From IMG/VR virus record IMGVR_UViG_3300020578_005267: a stretch of 59,610 nucleotides of DNA. One strand, given 5' to 3'. A model generated the notes under the pieces. That model did not search any database and was not told where the DNA came from. It worked only from the letters and a program-made list of their open reading frames with translations. Of the stretch, positions 40,298 through 49,519 are shown in pieces. This stretch comes from an uncultured virus (IMG/VR IMGVR_UViG_3300020578_005267) (taxonomy: Duplodnaviria; Heunggongvirae; Uroviricota; Caudoviricetes). Made by a program: the position numbers and the translations under genes. Numbering within the stretch: the first letter of the stretch is position 1; each line of letters starts with the position of its first letter.

Positions 40298-40762
40298 CTA
40301 TAAATATACTTCTGACTTTGATTTTATAATATCTCCGTTTTTGGTTAGTGTAAAATCAAAATAATTATTACTTTTAAAGTTTTCTGAATTTATCAAGGAT
40401 ACTAATTTTTTTACTGAGTCTCTGATAATATTTGATTTGAAATCTATTTGTTGTAAAGTGAAAAGATTAATTTCCAAATTGAGGAATGATTTTTTTCCAA
40501 ATACGATTCCCGAGGTCCTGAGATCCAAATCTACAATTAATTTGTCCTCGAAAATTTTTCTATCAAGTTGGTAATAAATTGTGTGTTTGATTTCTCGACT
40601 AAAATTACATACAATTCTATTCCAATTATCAGATACGATTTTGGGATTGACCCATGATTGTATGTTTATGTAAATTGATTTTAATTTTTTTGAATCTACT
40701 GTCCCATAATTTACTTTGAGGGATTCGAAGTTATTAATTTTTGAGGTTTTTCCTTTCTTCAT
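40298..40762 (-). CDS. Hypothetical protein
   Basis: 154-aa ORF. Confidence 0.65.
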   Translation of the reverse strand: MKKGKTSKINNFESLKVNYGTVDSKKLKSIYINIQSWVNPKIVSDNWNRIVCNFSREIKHTIYYQLDRKIFEDKLIVDLDLRTSGIVFGKKSFLNLEINLFTLQQIDFKSNIIRDSVKKLVSLINSENFKSNNYFDFTLTKNGDIIKSKSEVYL

Positions 40763-40853
40763 TTTTTTTCATATACAAAGTTTATTTGTTTTTTAAAATA
40801 TTATGAAAAAAGGTTATAATTGTCAAAATTGACTTTTTGAAATATATGTTAGT

Positions 40854-41039
40854 ATGTTAATTATTGAAATCGGAAGAAACGATAATATTGAAAAAGCTCT
40901 CAAAAACTTGAAATCCAAGGTAATAAAAACAAAACAACAAAAAAAACTTTTTGAAAAAAAAGAATATGTTAAACCTTCAATCAAAAAAAGAGCACAAAAA
41001 CTTAAGGCGATTTACAAAGAAAAAATGATCAATAATTAG
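40854..41039 (+). CDS. rpsU: 30S ribosomal protein bS21 (phage-encoded)
   Basis: MLII....NIEKALK.LK.K...EYVKPSIKKR....KAIY matches Bacteroidota-type bS21. Confidence 0.88.
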   Translation: MLIIEIGRNDNIEKALKNLKSKVIKTKQQKKLFEKKEYVKPSIKKRAQKLKAIYKEKMINN

Positions 41040-41734
41040 ATTGATTTTTCAAGTGATTTAATCCTAACAAAATTCATCTGATTGAACTCTTCATTCTTTA
41101 ATCTATCTATTGTTTCTGAAATTTTTGTCTTAAGTTCAAACTCATTTTCGCCCTCCAACAGAGTTTGAAGTTTGTTTATAGCACTTTCTTTGATGGTTGT
41201 GAACTCTTTCTCCAAATCATTTTGATTTGATTTGATTATTTTAAAGAAATCTTTTTTGGTAGATTCATCCATCGTTTCGATGTAACTTTTCAAAGTCTGA
41301 TTGGCTACTGAAACCATAGATGTTAATGGAAGATTGATTGATTCTTTAGAAACATTTGGAGATTTGGTCAAATTTGAAATTATATTATTTTTTGCTGAGA
41401 CTCTTTCAGAGATATCAAAATTTTTTGTGTAAACCAAAGTATCCAAATCTTTGTATTTATTTTGAATTTGTTTAGAGCTAGATTTTGGTAATTTTGCTCC
41501 TTTTAATATAGATCTTATCAGAGATATACCTTCCTCGATATATTCTCTCGCATCTTTTTCGGACAAAGACTTTTGAGAAGTCAGATCATCATACAAAGAG
41601 TACAGTTTTGATAGAGACTTATTAGTTAAGATATTAGTGTGGAATTCTTTCATCACACCTTTGAAATTTTCAGAATCTTTATAGGATTCAATCAAACTTT
41701 CTTCAATTATGGATTTAACCTCTCCAAAAGTCAT
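41036..41734 (-). CDS. Hypothetical protein of the head module
   Basis: ~232-aa ORF downstream of the portal gene; TATTTATA upstream. Confidence 0.65.
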   Translation of the reverse strand: MTFGEVKSIIEESLIESYKDSENFKGVMKEFHTNILTNKSLSKLYSLYDDLTSQKSLSEKDAREYIEEGISLIRSILKGAKLPKSSSKQIQNKYKDLDTLVYTKNFDISERVSAKNNIISNLTKSPNVSKESINLPLTSMVSVANQTLKSYIETMDESTKKDFFKIIKSNQNDLEKEFTTIKESAINKLQTLLEGENEFELKTKISETIDRLKNEEFNQMNFVRIKSLEKSI

Positions 41735-41755
41735 GGTCAATTTTTTTTATAAATA

Positions 41756-43588
41756 TTAGGAATTTAGTAAGTCGTCTAACTCTTTTTCAATTTCTCCTAA
41801 ATATTGTTGGCCATGACTCAAGTCCAAAATTGTTTTACCCTTAATCATGTCCGAATCGACCAAAATATTCATATTGTCGAATCGTGATTCTGGTACTGTT
41901 GGTTCTACTTCAGGTCCTGTTACCTCAGGTGCTGCGACATCTTCAGTTGGAGGTGGTGTCGTTTCAGAAGGTAATGCCCCCAACGCAGGTTCTGATACCT
42001 CACCACTTGGGGTTGATCCAGCAGTGTCGGTAGATCCAGTTGTTGATCCATATAATTTATCTATATTGTCAAATATTCCTGTTTTCTGTATTACTGTTGG
42101 TGTATTTTTTAATTCTTCACCAACTGCTTTTTCAATTCTTTGTTGTTGTAAGTCAAGTTTGATTTCATCGTCGGACATCCCCAAAATATGTTTTTTAGCC
42201 CATGTTGAAGATACGGGTTGAATACCGTTACCAGGATCGGACACCGCATCTTTATACAAAAGAATTTTTTCTTTCCAAACATCAATTTTCAGAAGATCAG
42301 CTTGAGTAGATGGATTTGTTAAACCTAAAGTGAAATTGGCAATCTCTTCCTCAAATCCGTTTAGAAAAAGATGTATGATTGCTATCTTATTCAGCTCTTG
42401 TAACATACTCTTTTGAATTCTATTAATTGTGCGTGCGAAACGGATATCTTGTAATGAAAGGTTTTTACCGTCACCAACAACTTCTTCAAATCCTAAAAAG
42501 GCTTTCGGAACTCTAAGTGCCGTCAATAATTTCTTTTGAATATATTCAATGTCGGCTATCTCTGCGAGGTTCGCAGCACCGGGTAGAGTATCGATAGGTG
42601 AAGGAGCAGCCGGATCTCTTACAGGTACAAAGTAGTCTTGGTCTACAGCCATCTGATTAAATCTGAGATCCACATTACCTGTCTTCTGATCTAAAACTTG
42701 GTCTCTTTTGAATTTATTAGCAACACGTTGTACATATGCTTCAACGTCTTCGTCGTTCATATTTCCAACAAAAACTTTGAAAATTCTTCTTTCAGGCGCT
42801 CTTGATGTACGATAGATTAACATCGCGTCTTCGGAAAGTAAAAGTTGTTTCCAAATTCTTCTTGCTTTTTCCAGCATGGAGGTACCATATGGAAGTTTCC
42901 GATCATCACCCAATAATCTGAAGTGAGCGATTTCCCATGATTGGAATTCCATGTTCTTATTTTTCCACTTGAAATGTAATGCCCTTTGAGCTGTAGGATC
43001 CTCAAGTGATTGAGCTCTTTTTTCGTGCATTCCTGCCTCAACCCTTTCGATCTCAATATTAGGTAATTGTTGGACTCCGACAACCCCCTTTTCAGGATCT
43101 AATTTCAAATAGACAAAGTTATCACCATACTTACATGTATTTCTTGTCCACATAGGTAAGTTGGTGTTTATATCAAGTGTGTTATTGAATAAATCTGCTA
43201 AGACACTTTTGATTCTCTTTGACTCAGAATAAATTTGTAGAATAAATCCGTCTTCATTGGTGGTTGTAGATTCTTCAGCATATATGTCTAAAGCGGCTGA
43301 TATCTCAGGAGTGTACTCCATAGACTCGTAATCGTATACTGAGGCTAATCTAGTCGGTTCATAATACACAGCTTGAGAATACAAATTATTCTCAATTTTT
43401 GCCCATTGATTCGATAAATAGAAAGTTTGTTGTGCTTGTAACTTTTCCTTCTCATATTGAGCCTTGTCTTGTGTTTTTAACAAAACTTCTTTGTCGAAAT
43501 GAAAGGTCGGGTAATCCTGATTAAGGAGTGCGTTAGGTCCAAATGCGGCGGAAAGTCGTTGCCATACCGTTAGGTTCTTATTATCCAT
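41756..43588 (-). CDS. Portal protein (T4 gp20-like)
   Basis: EISAALDIYAEE, LSEDAMLIYRTSRAPERRIFKVFVGN, DYFVP, TLPGA and DIEYIQKKL..ALRVP motifs. Confidence 0.92.
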   Translation of the reverse strand: MDNKNLTVWQRLSAAFGPNALLNQDYPTFHFDKEVLLKTQDKAQYEKEKLQAQQTFYLSNQWAKIENNLYSQAVYYEPTRLASVYDYESMEYTPEISAALDIYAEESTTTNEDGFILQIYSESKRIKSVLADLFNNTLDINTNLPMWTRNTCKYGDNFVYLKLDPEKGVVGVQQLPNIEIERVEAGMHEKRAQSLEDPTAQRALHFKWKNKNMEFQSWEIAHFRLLGDDRKLPYGTSMLEKARRIWKQLLLSEDAMLIYRTSRAPERRIFKVFVGNMNDEDVEAYVQRVANKFKRDQVLDQKTGNVDLRFNQMAVDQDYFVPVRDPAAPSPIDTLPGAANLAEIADIEYIQKKLLTALRVPKAFLGFEEVVGDGKNLSLQDIRFARTINRIQKSMLQELNKIAIIHLFLNGFEEEIANFTLGLTNPSTQADLLKIDVWKEKILLYKDAVSDPGNGIQPVSSTWAKKHILGMSDDEIKLDLQQQRIEKAVGEELKNTPTVIQKTGIFDNIDKLYGSTTGSTDTAGSTPSGEVSEPALGALPSETTPPPTEDVAAPEVTGPEVEPTVPESRFDNMNILVDSDMIKGKTILDLSHGQQYLGEIEKELDDLLNS

Positions 43589-43625
43589 TTTACAATTTTA
43601 CTTATTACATAGATAATATAAATAG

Positions 43626-45383
43626 TTATTTGGCTCCAAATAACCACCCGTATTTTCTGTAGTCTTCCCTCGACGCTTCGTTAATATATCTTGGATTTTG
43701 GTTGTTTGAAACAGGAATATGTGGATTAAAAAAATCAGATCTTATTTTGTTTTCACTACGCTCTGTATGCCATGAGTCTATCATAATTTTAGTTTGTTGT
43801 ACAACTTTTTGTAAATTTTGAAATGCTGTATCCCCAACATAGATTGCCATTGCTATGGACATTAATGCATCGTCATGATGACCCCTTTGATGGTCAGGTC
43901 TACCATTTACATAAATAAATTTACCCATTTCATTTAGGAGTCTCTCTGACCTTATTTTAAATTCATGCCTCAACGCTTCCTCCAATGATGCTATTATCTG
44001 TACCCTCTTTGCATTGAAGTTGATACCTGGTATCTTTTCGTCTCTTTTCGGATCCCACTTGTATTTGTTTCTCTCTGTCAATCCTTCAACATAGAGATTT
44101 TTATATCCTAGTTCTTGTAGTTTTCTTGCTGTAGCAACACCCATCCCACCCGTCAAATCTGTGACTATCATGGCGTTATACATTTTTCCCCACTTATAAG
44201 CTATTTCTGCTAAAACGTCAGGAGGAGTTTTACCTACATATTCAAATACTTGCTCTCTCGCATCAAAATCAATGATTTGTATACAAGAAAAATCCTCTGA
44301 GTCACCTCTTGAAACGTCTACACCCATGATGTACCGGTGACTCATTTCAGGGTCTTTCCATATCCAAAGATTACCTGCCATCATTTTACCGTCGGGTTCT
44401 TTCACATCATTATCTTTTATTTTTGTTAAAAGATTGGAATCAAATACATTGTCGCCTGATCCAAGGAAGTTACACTCAAGTTCCTGAGCTACTTTTCTCT
44501 TGTCATATTTAAGTTTTTTTACCATTCCCTCAAACCATGATGAACAAGGTTTATAACCCTTTTTAATATAATCTTTTACTATATCATAATTCCTTTCATA
44601 CGGATTATCTACTTCCAAATTAACAACTTCTGTGTTTTTGTAATTTTCACGGTTTAATAGATAGTCGGTAAGATCCTCACACTTCACCATTTGTAAATCC
44701 CTATTGTACCTTGGATCTTTATACCAAAACAACTCAGTAATCTTGAAAGTATTCATGTTTCTCATTGATTGTTCATAAATTTCGTAATATATCGGGTCAT
44801 ACCCATTCGGAGTGGAAATTACAATCACTTTTCCTCCTGTTGAAAGTGAGGCCATACAAGCAGCCCAAAAATCATCATCGGCCTCAATATAAGCGGCTTC
44901 GTCAAATATTAATATTGTTGGTGTATATCCGCGAAGAGCGTCTTTTGAAGTTGCAACAGCTTTTACTTCACAATTGTTTGTAAATTTGAAATGTCTTTGT
45001 GAGTTTTTTTCTATTGAAAATCCAACACCTACCCAAGCTGGCCATTGTTCTGAAAAGGATCTGACTTTGTTAGCAAACTCAACAGCAGTATCAAGTTTGT
45101 TTGCTATAATCAAGATTTTCTCAGGGTTGTTTTTTTTCGCAAAAACTAACTTTTTTGAGGCCCAAGCTGCGGTCACGGTGGATACACCCGCTTGCCTATA
45201 CTTCAATGCAATATTTTCGTTAAAGTTATCGTAGTCTTCAACCAAAGTTATTTGGTCAGGAAAAAGATCCAACGGAACAAACTTTTTAACCGTATTGTCA
45301 AAAGTTTGAAGATAGGTTCTCATCGCATACGGAGTGTTTTTCATACACTTCGTTACTTCAATAATTAATTGTTCTTTTGTCAC
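43626..45383 (-). CDS. terL: Terminase large subunit (T4 gp17-like)
   Basis: LKYRQAGVST Walker A, LIFDEAA Walker B, STPNG motif, and nuclease motifs GVDVSRG and HHDD. Confidence 0.92.
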   Translation of the reverse strand: MTKEQLIIEVTKCMKNTPYAMRTYLQTFDNTVKKFVPLDLFPDQITLVEDYDNFNENIALKYRQAGVSTVTAAWASKKLVFAKKNNPEKILIIANKLDTAVEFANKVRSFSEQWPAWVGVGFSIEKNSQRHFKFTNNCEVKAVATSKDALRGYTPTILIFDEAAYIEADDDFWAACMASLSTGGKVIVISTPNGYDPIYYEIYEQSMRNMNTFKITELFWYKDPRYNRDLQMVKCEDLTDYLLNRENYKNTEVVNLEVDNPYERNYDIVKDYIKKGYKPCSSWFEGMVKKLKYDKRKVAQELECNFLGSGDNVFDSNLLTKIKDNDVKEPDGKMMAGNLWIWKDPEMSHRYIMGVDVSRGDSEDFSCIQIIDFDAREQVFEYVGKTPPDVLAEIAYKWGKMYNAMIVTDLTGGMGVATARKLQELGYKNLYVEGLTERNKYKWDPKRDEKIPGINFNAKRVQIIASLEEALRHEFKIRSERLLNEMGKFIYVNGRPDHQRGHHDDALMSIAMAIYVGDTAFQNLQKVVQQTKIMIDSWHTERSENKIRSDFFNPHIPVSNNQNPRYINEASREDYRKYGWLFGAK

Positions 45384-45389
45384 TGAAAA

Positions 45390-46697
45390 TTATTTGGGTC
45401 TCGATATACCCAAACTTCCTAAGAAATCGTCTAATCCGTCTTCATCATCCCCGTCCTCAGATTCAATATCATTGTCTTCTTTGTAATTTTCAAACTCTGA
45501 TTTCATGTCCTGAGCCTCTTTCATGATTTTTTCGAACTTAGCGGTAGCTTTTTGGTTTTTGGATTTGTCCTGTGATATTGCGTCACCGATTATTTCCAAA
45601 AATTCTCTTGCTTCGATTTGGTATAACAAGATGTGGAACCAATTTATTAATCCTTTATTAGATTCATCAAACATTTCATCGGGAAGTGAAAAACGAATTT
45701 TTTCTACAATTTCTGGCCCAATTCGAAGTTGCATTGGTTCATTTGCTAAGGTATCAACTTGTTGTTGTACCTTTGTACGCATTTCAGGTTCCTTTGGTAA
45801 ACCATGTCTTCCTTTGGATTCTTCGATACCTTTTATGATTTCATGGCATAAAATTGGGAATATCAATCCTTGTGCTTTAATTACGGTATCAATTTGAGAT
45901 TCTCCATCATCTTCTTCACCTTCCTCACCGCCATCCTCATCATCGGGATCTAATTCAACTTTTCCAGCAACACCAGTTCCTGTTTGGCTCATCATTTCAA
46001 TCATACTCTCTGAGGTAAAATACATGAAATCGTTTACCGCCATGATTGCCAAGTAGAGTGAAAACAATTGTGGGTTGATGCGATCTAAGGCTCTTTTAAC
46101 TGAGGGTTTTTGGAAAATATAATGTCCCTTTTTTGCAGATCCTTGAATTATAGCATTGATGATGTTTCTCTTGTGTTTTTCCAACTCTAATTGTTCGGTA
46201 TCCGTTAGATCTTCAATATCAAAAGATTGAAACTTTGGTTTTTCTTTTTCTTCTTCTTCATCTTCTTCATCTTCTTCATCTTCAGGTTCGTATCTAAAGT
46301 TTGATGTGTCTATGGGCGTACCTAATTGAGCATCTATCTTAACCCAATCTTCAGGAATTTCCGTTTCCTCCATAGAAGCTTTCTTGGCTAACTCAATCAG
46401 GGCATCACGGTTAGCCGCTTCAATTTGCATGATTCTTGGAACACTGTTCATCATTTGCATGTAGAAAGCCTGAACTACTCTTGGACTAAGATTCCTAAGA
46501 CCTGGTACAGATTTTAATTTATCTGCCACTTTGATGAATCTTGAACTTACAAGTCTTTGAACGTCTTTGGTCCCTTTTCTCATAGCAGGATTTTGAGCGA
46601 ATAACCCTTGTGGGTCCGCTAACTTTCTTTCCAATGCAGGGTCCATTCTTTCAGGTCTATCACCGTAATTTAACTGTTCTATCAGTTTCTTTGCCAT
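45390..46697 (-). CDS. Hypothetical protein
   Basis: 435-aa ORF upstream of terL, with acidic patches and a CHEIIKG motif. Confidence 0.7.
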   Translation of the reverse strand: MAKKLIEQLNYGDRPERMDPALERKLADPQGLFAQNPAMRKGTKDVQRLVSSRFIKVADKLKSVPGLRNLSPRVVQAFYMQMMNSVPRIMQIEAANRDALIELAKKASMEETEIPEDWVKIDAQLGTPIDTSNFRYEPEDEEDEEDEEEEKEKPKFQSFDIEDLTDTEQLELEKHKRNIINAIIQGSAKKGHYIFQKPSVKRALDRINPQLFSLYLAIMAVNDFMYFTSESMIEMMSQTGTGVAGKVELDPDDEDGGEEGEEDDGESQIDTVIKAQGLIFPILCHEIIKGIEESKGRHGLPKEPEMRTKVQQQVDTLANEPMQLRIGPEIVEKIRFSLPDEMFDESNKGLINWFHILLYQIEAREFLEIIGDAISQDKSKNQKATAKFEKIMKEAQDMKSEFENYKEDNDIESEDGDDEDGLDDFLGSLGISRPK

Positions 46698-46699
46698 GA

Positions 46700-47506
46700 T
46701 TATTTATCTAGTATGTTCTTTATTAAGTTTAATACTTCTGATTTAGCTTTTTCGTACTCGGCCTTGGGAGCGGGTTTTTCTCCAGGATTAGGGTTTTTGA
46801 GTGGGTGACTCGGCTTTTTTGGTTTTGTACCAGGTTTTGGTTTTGTTGTAGGTCTTGTCTCAGGTTTTGAAGGCGCCACCGCAGGTCCATCTTCAACCAA
46901 GTGTTTCATCAATTCACCCTTTGTCATTCTTGGAGGTATGTGTTTTGATACTAATTCCATGATCTTTGCTTCAATGAATAAAGATAAAGGATTATTCCCC
47001 TCTTGTATGGATTTTTTTACCTGTTTAACACATCTTTCAAATTTTTTTGTCTTTTTTGGTCCAAGTTGTGCATGACATATTGCATATGGATTAGACTTAT
47101 TTTCTTTTTTCTCAGAGATTTCTTTTTCCTTATCAATTTGCTTATCACCTAAATCACCCATACCATCCGGTCCTTGTACTTGTACAGGATCTTGTGTTGT
47201 TCCACCTGCCGTTTTATCCATTGTGGATATATCAGTGTCAGGTTGTTCTGTCATTTCTATTTCAGTGGTGACCATTACTTCTTTTTTGTTAGGGTCTAAC
47301 GAGAGAGTCATATTTCCAATCTTTCCACCTTGTGGTCCAACTTTGTAAGTTGTTTTACCAGGAACCTCTGTGACTTGTTCGGATGTGACTTGTTCGGATA
47401 TCATTTTCGAATGAAGAATGTTTATTTGAGATTCTGACATTTTTGCCACTGTGTCAGGTTTCAATCCTACTTCAACAAGATCCAAGGCTTTTTTATTAAT
47501 TTTCAT
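46700..47506 (-). CDS. Hypothetical protein
   Basis: ORF with an NPYAICH motif and Pro/Lys-rich tail; start moved to ATG 47506. Confidence 0.65.
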   Translation of the reverse strand: MKINKKALDLVEVGLKPDTVAKMSESQINILHSKMISEQVTSEQVTEVPGKTTYKVGPQGGKIGNMTLSLDPNKKEVMVTTEIEMTEQPDTDISTMDKTAGGTTQDPVQVQGPDGMGDLGDKQIDKEKEISEKKENKSNPYAICHAQLGPKKTKKFERCVKQVKKSIQEGNNPLSLFIEAKIMELVSKHIPPRMTKGELMKHLVEDGPAVAPSKPETRPTTKPKPGTKPKKPSHPLKNPNPGEKPAPKAEYEKAKSEVLNLIKNILDK

Positions 47507-47885
47507 AAGATTCCTTTTTTTCAATCTTGAGAATCAAATCTTTTGAATATAAAATGTCAGTAATCTCATCCTCACTTTGTCCAAATCTGAATACCATCCT
47601 ATTTTCAATTTCATCGTTTTCCCAGGCTAATGCAATAACTCCGTCTACCGCATCTATCATACTGAAATAATCAGAGTTCTGAATTAAATCCAACTTTATA
47701 TCGGTATTTTTCAGAACTCCAATTTTTTTCACATATTTCAAATCGGGTGGTTGAGGGTAACCATTTGATGGTTTACTATCCCAATTTTCACCCCAAACAT
47801 CTTTCTCGTCCGAGAATATGAACTCATACAAATTATCACCTCTAAAGTTAGGACCAAGTCCATTAACGTAGATTAGATAGCTCAT
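47496..47885 (-). CDS. Hypothetical protein
   Basis: 129-aa ORF in operon. Confidence 0.65.
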   Translation of the reverse strand: MSYLIYVNGLGPNFRGDNLYEFIFSDEKDVWGENWDSKPSNGYPQPPDLKYVKKIGVLKNTDIKLDLIQNSDYFSMIDAVDGVIALAWENDEIENRMVFRFGQSEDEITDILYSKDLILKIEKKESYEN

Positions 47886-49267
47886 AAAACCAAGCCTTCA
47901 GGTGAAATTTTAGTTTGTTTATTGTTCTTTTCAAAAACTAAATTTTTCTTATTAGTTTTACCAACTAAAGAGAATCCAAAGTTTTCTTCTAAAAATTTTT
48001 CAGAAGCAAGCTCTTGTTCAATTGACTCAGCTAGTTTTCTTACTGAACTCATATTCTTTTCAACAACGTGTTTTTTTTGAATTTTTTTTGTTGCTAATTT
48101 TTCCTGTACCATTCTTTTTTCAGAATCTTTGACTTCAAAATATTTTGAAAGAACTTTGTCAACCTTAGATTCTGAAAATAAATGATCCATTAAACTCATT
48201 TCCATCTTTCCTCCTTCCTCCTCCTCAATTTCTTCCTCACTTGTGAACATATCAGAAATTTTGTCTGCCGCTTTATCCGCCACAAACGACATAGCTAATC
48301 TTTCAATTGCCGGTCCAATTGCAGCTTGAATTTGTTCTCCCGCCTCAATCTTACCGAATCCCTCGGGTTGTGCTCCTGCGTCAACCATATCAGCGTCGTT
48401 CTCAATATCCATATAGTTTTGAATGTCTTCAACCTCAGTATCATCAGTGATATCTGTACCGTCTTTATCATCTCCACCGTCAATAACAGCGTCAGCCTCA
48501 TCAGATTCAAACTTATTAACAATTTCATCTTTATCCTCGGTAGATAAACTAGCTAGATCCACAGAAGAAAGAACCATGTTGATTACATATTTGATATTTT
48601 CGGAAGACATTTCATTTTCTGATGAGAATTGTCTTATTTTTTGAGTAAGTTTTCCTGTTAGTTTTTGAATTACTTTAAATGAAACAGGCTCAGAGTCCAT
48701 TGTTTCGGAACCTGCCTCCACTTCCATATTTTCACCTGTTGGTACGTCTTCAACAGGAGTTTCCTCAGGTGCAGGAGTTTCCTCAGGTGCAGGAGTTTCC
48801 TCAGCCGCTGGGAGTTCTGGTTCAGGTAGAGTTGGAGCCATAGGTTCTTCAGGTGCTACCGGAGCTTCTGGAGCTTCTGGAGCTGGTTGAGGACTTTTCA
48901 GAACGAATTTTTTTTGTTCTCCAAATAAAGAAACTTGTTCATCATTACCAATAACTGAATTATTTTCTTTGATCATCAAGTTCAATTTCTTTAATGCTTG
49001 TGAGTAACTCGAAAAATATTTTCTGTTCTGCATCGGTTCGATGTAGTCACCTTGGCCCTCGGAAACCATTTTCTTGATAATGTAACCTTGTTTTTCTTTT
49101 ACAATACCGTACTGATTTCCGTCAGCAAATGTTATGTTGTAATGAGTGGAAGAATTTTCATTGATAGATTCGGTTGCAGTATCTTTGTACTTAGCAATCT
49201 CCATGATCCTTTTGATCTTGTCCAAACCGTCTAATCTTTCACTACCTAATGGTTTGATGTCCGCCAT
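47882..49267 (-). CDS. Acidic hypothetical protein (possible internal head protein)
   Basis: 461-aa ORF with PAPEET repeats and many I/L-x-E sites. Confidence 0.65.
   Translation of the reverse strand: MADIKPLGSERLDGLDKIKRIMEIAKYKDTATESINENSSTHYNITFADGNQYGIVKEKQGYIIKKMVSEGQGDYIEPMQNRKYFSSYSQALKKLNLMIKENNSVIGNDEQVSLFGEQKKFVLKSPQPAPEAPEAPVAPEEPMAPTLPEPELPAAEETPAPEETPAPEETPVEDVPTGENMEVEAGSETMDSEPVSFKVIQKLTGKLTQKIRQFSSENEMSSENIKYVINMVLSSVDLASLSTEDKDEIVNKFESDEADAVIDGGDDKDGTDITDDTEVEDIQNYMDIENDADMVDAGAQPEGFGKIEAGEQIQAAIGPAIERLAMSFVADKAADKISDMFTSEEEIEEEEGGKMEMSLMDHLFSESKVDKVLSKYFEVKDSEKRMVQEKLATKKIQKKHVVEKNMSSVRKLAESIEQELASEKFLEENFGFSLVGKTNKKNLVFEKNNKQTKISPEGLVL
48773..48824. repeat. 18-nt tandem repeat encoding PAPEET
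   Basis: CAGGAGTTTCCTCAG(GTG) occurs three times with 18-nt period. Confidence 0.6.
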
Positions 49268-49291
49268 GATTTTTATTTTTAACTGTTTTTT

Positions 49292-49477
49292 TTAATTATT
49301 TAGTCCGTCAAATCCACCTAATGTCACAGCACTTAAATCTACAATTGAATTGTCTCCCTCTGCCGTTGTTGCGACAGGATGTGGTACAACTGAACCCGCA
49401 GGTGCTGTCCCTCCACTAAAGGAACCTAACATTCCAATTGTGTATTCATAAAAAGTATTTGCTGAAATAGTTGGCAT
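49292..49477 (-). CDS. Small hypothetical protein
   Basis: 61-aa ORF with TATTTATA 10 nt upstream. Confidence 0.6.
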   Translation of the reverse strand: MPTISANTFYEYTIGMLGSFSGGTAPAGSVVPHPVATTAEGDNSIVDLSAVTLGGFDGLNN

Positions 49478-49519
49478 TTTTTTTCTTTATAAATATACGT
49501 CGGGCGTAAATAATTTAAA

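Noticed and set aside
45180..45210. Terminase Walker A lacking the usual Lys (KYRQAGVST) as a sign of inactivation
   Set aside because: Deviant Walker A motifs with an upstream Lys are well known in large terminases, and the other motifs are intact
35462..45383. Introns, inteins or homing endonucleases in the capsid, portal or terminase genes
   Set aside because: Reading frames are continuous, lengths are ordinary, and no intein or LAGLIDADG/HNH motifs were seen
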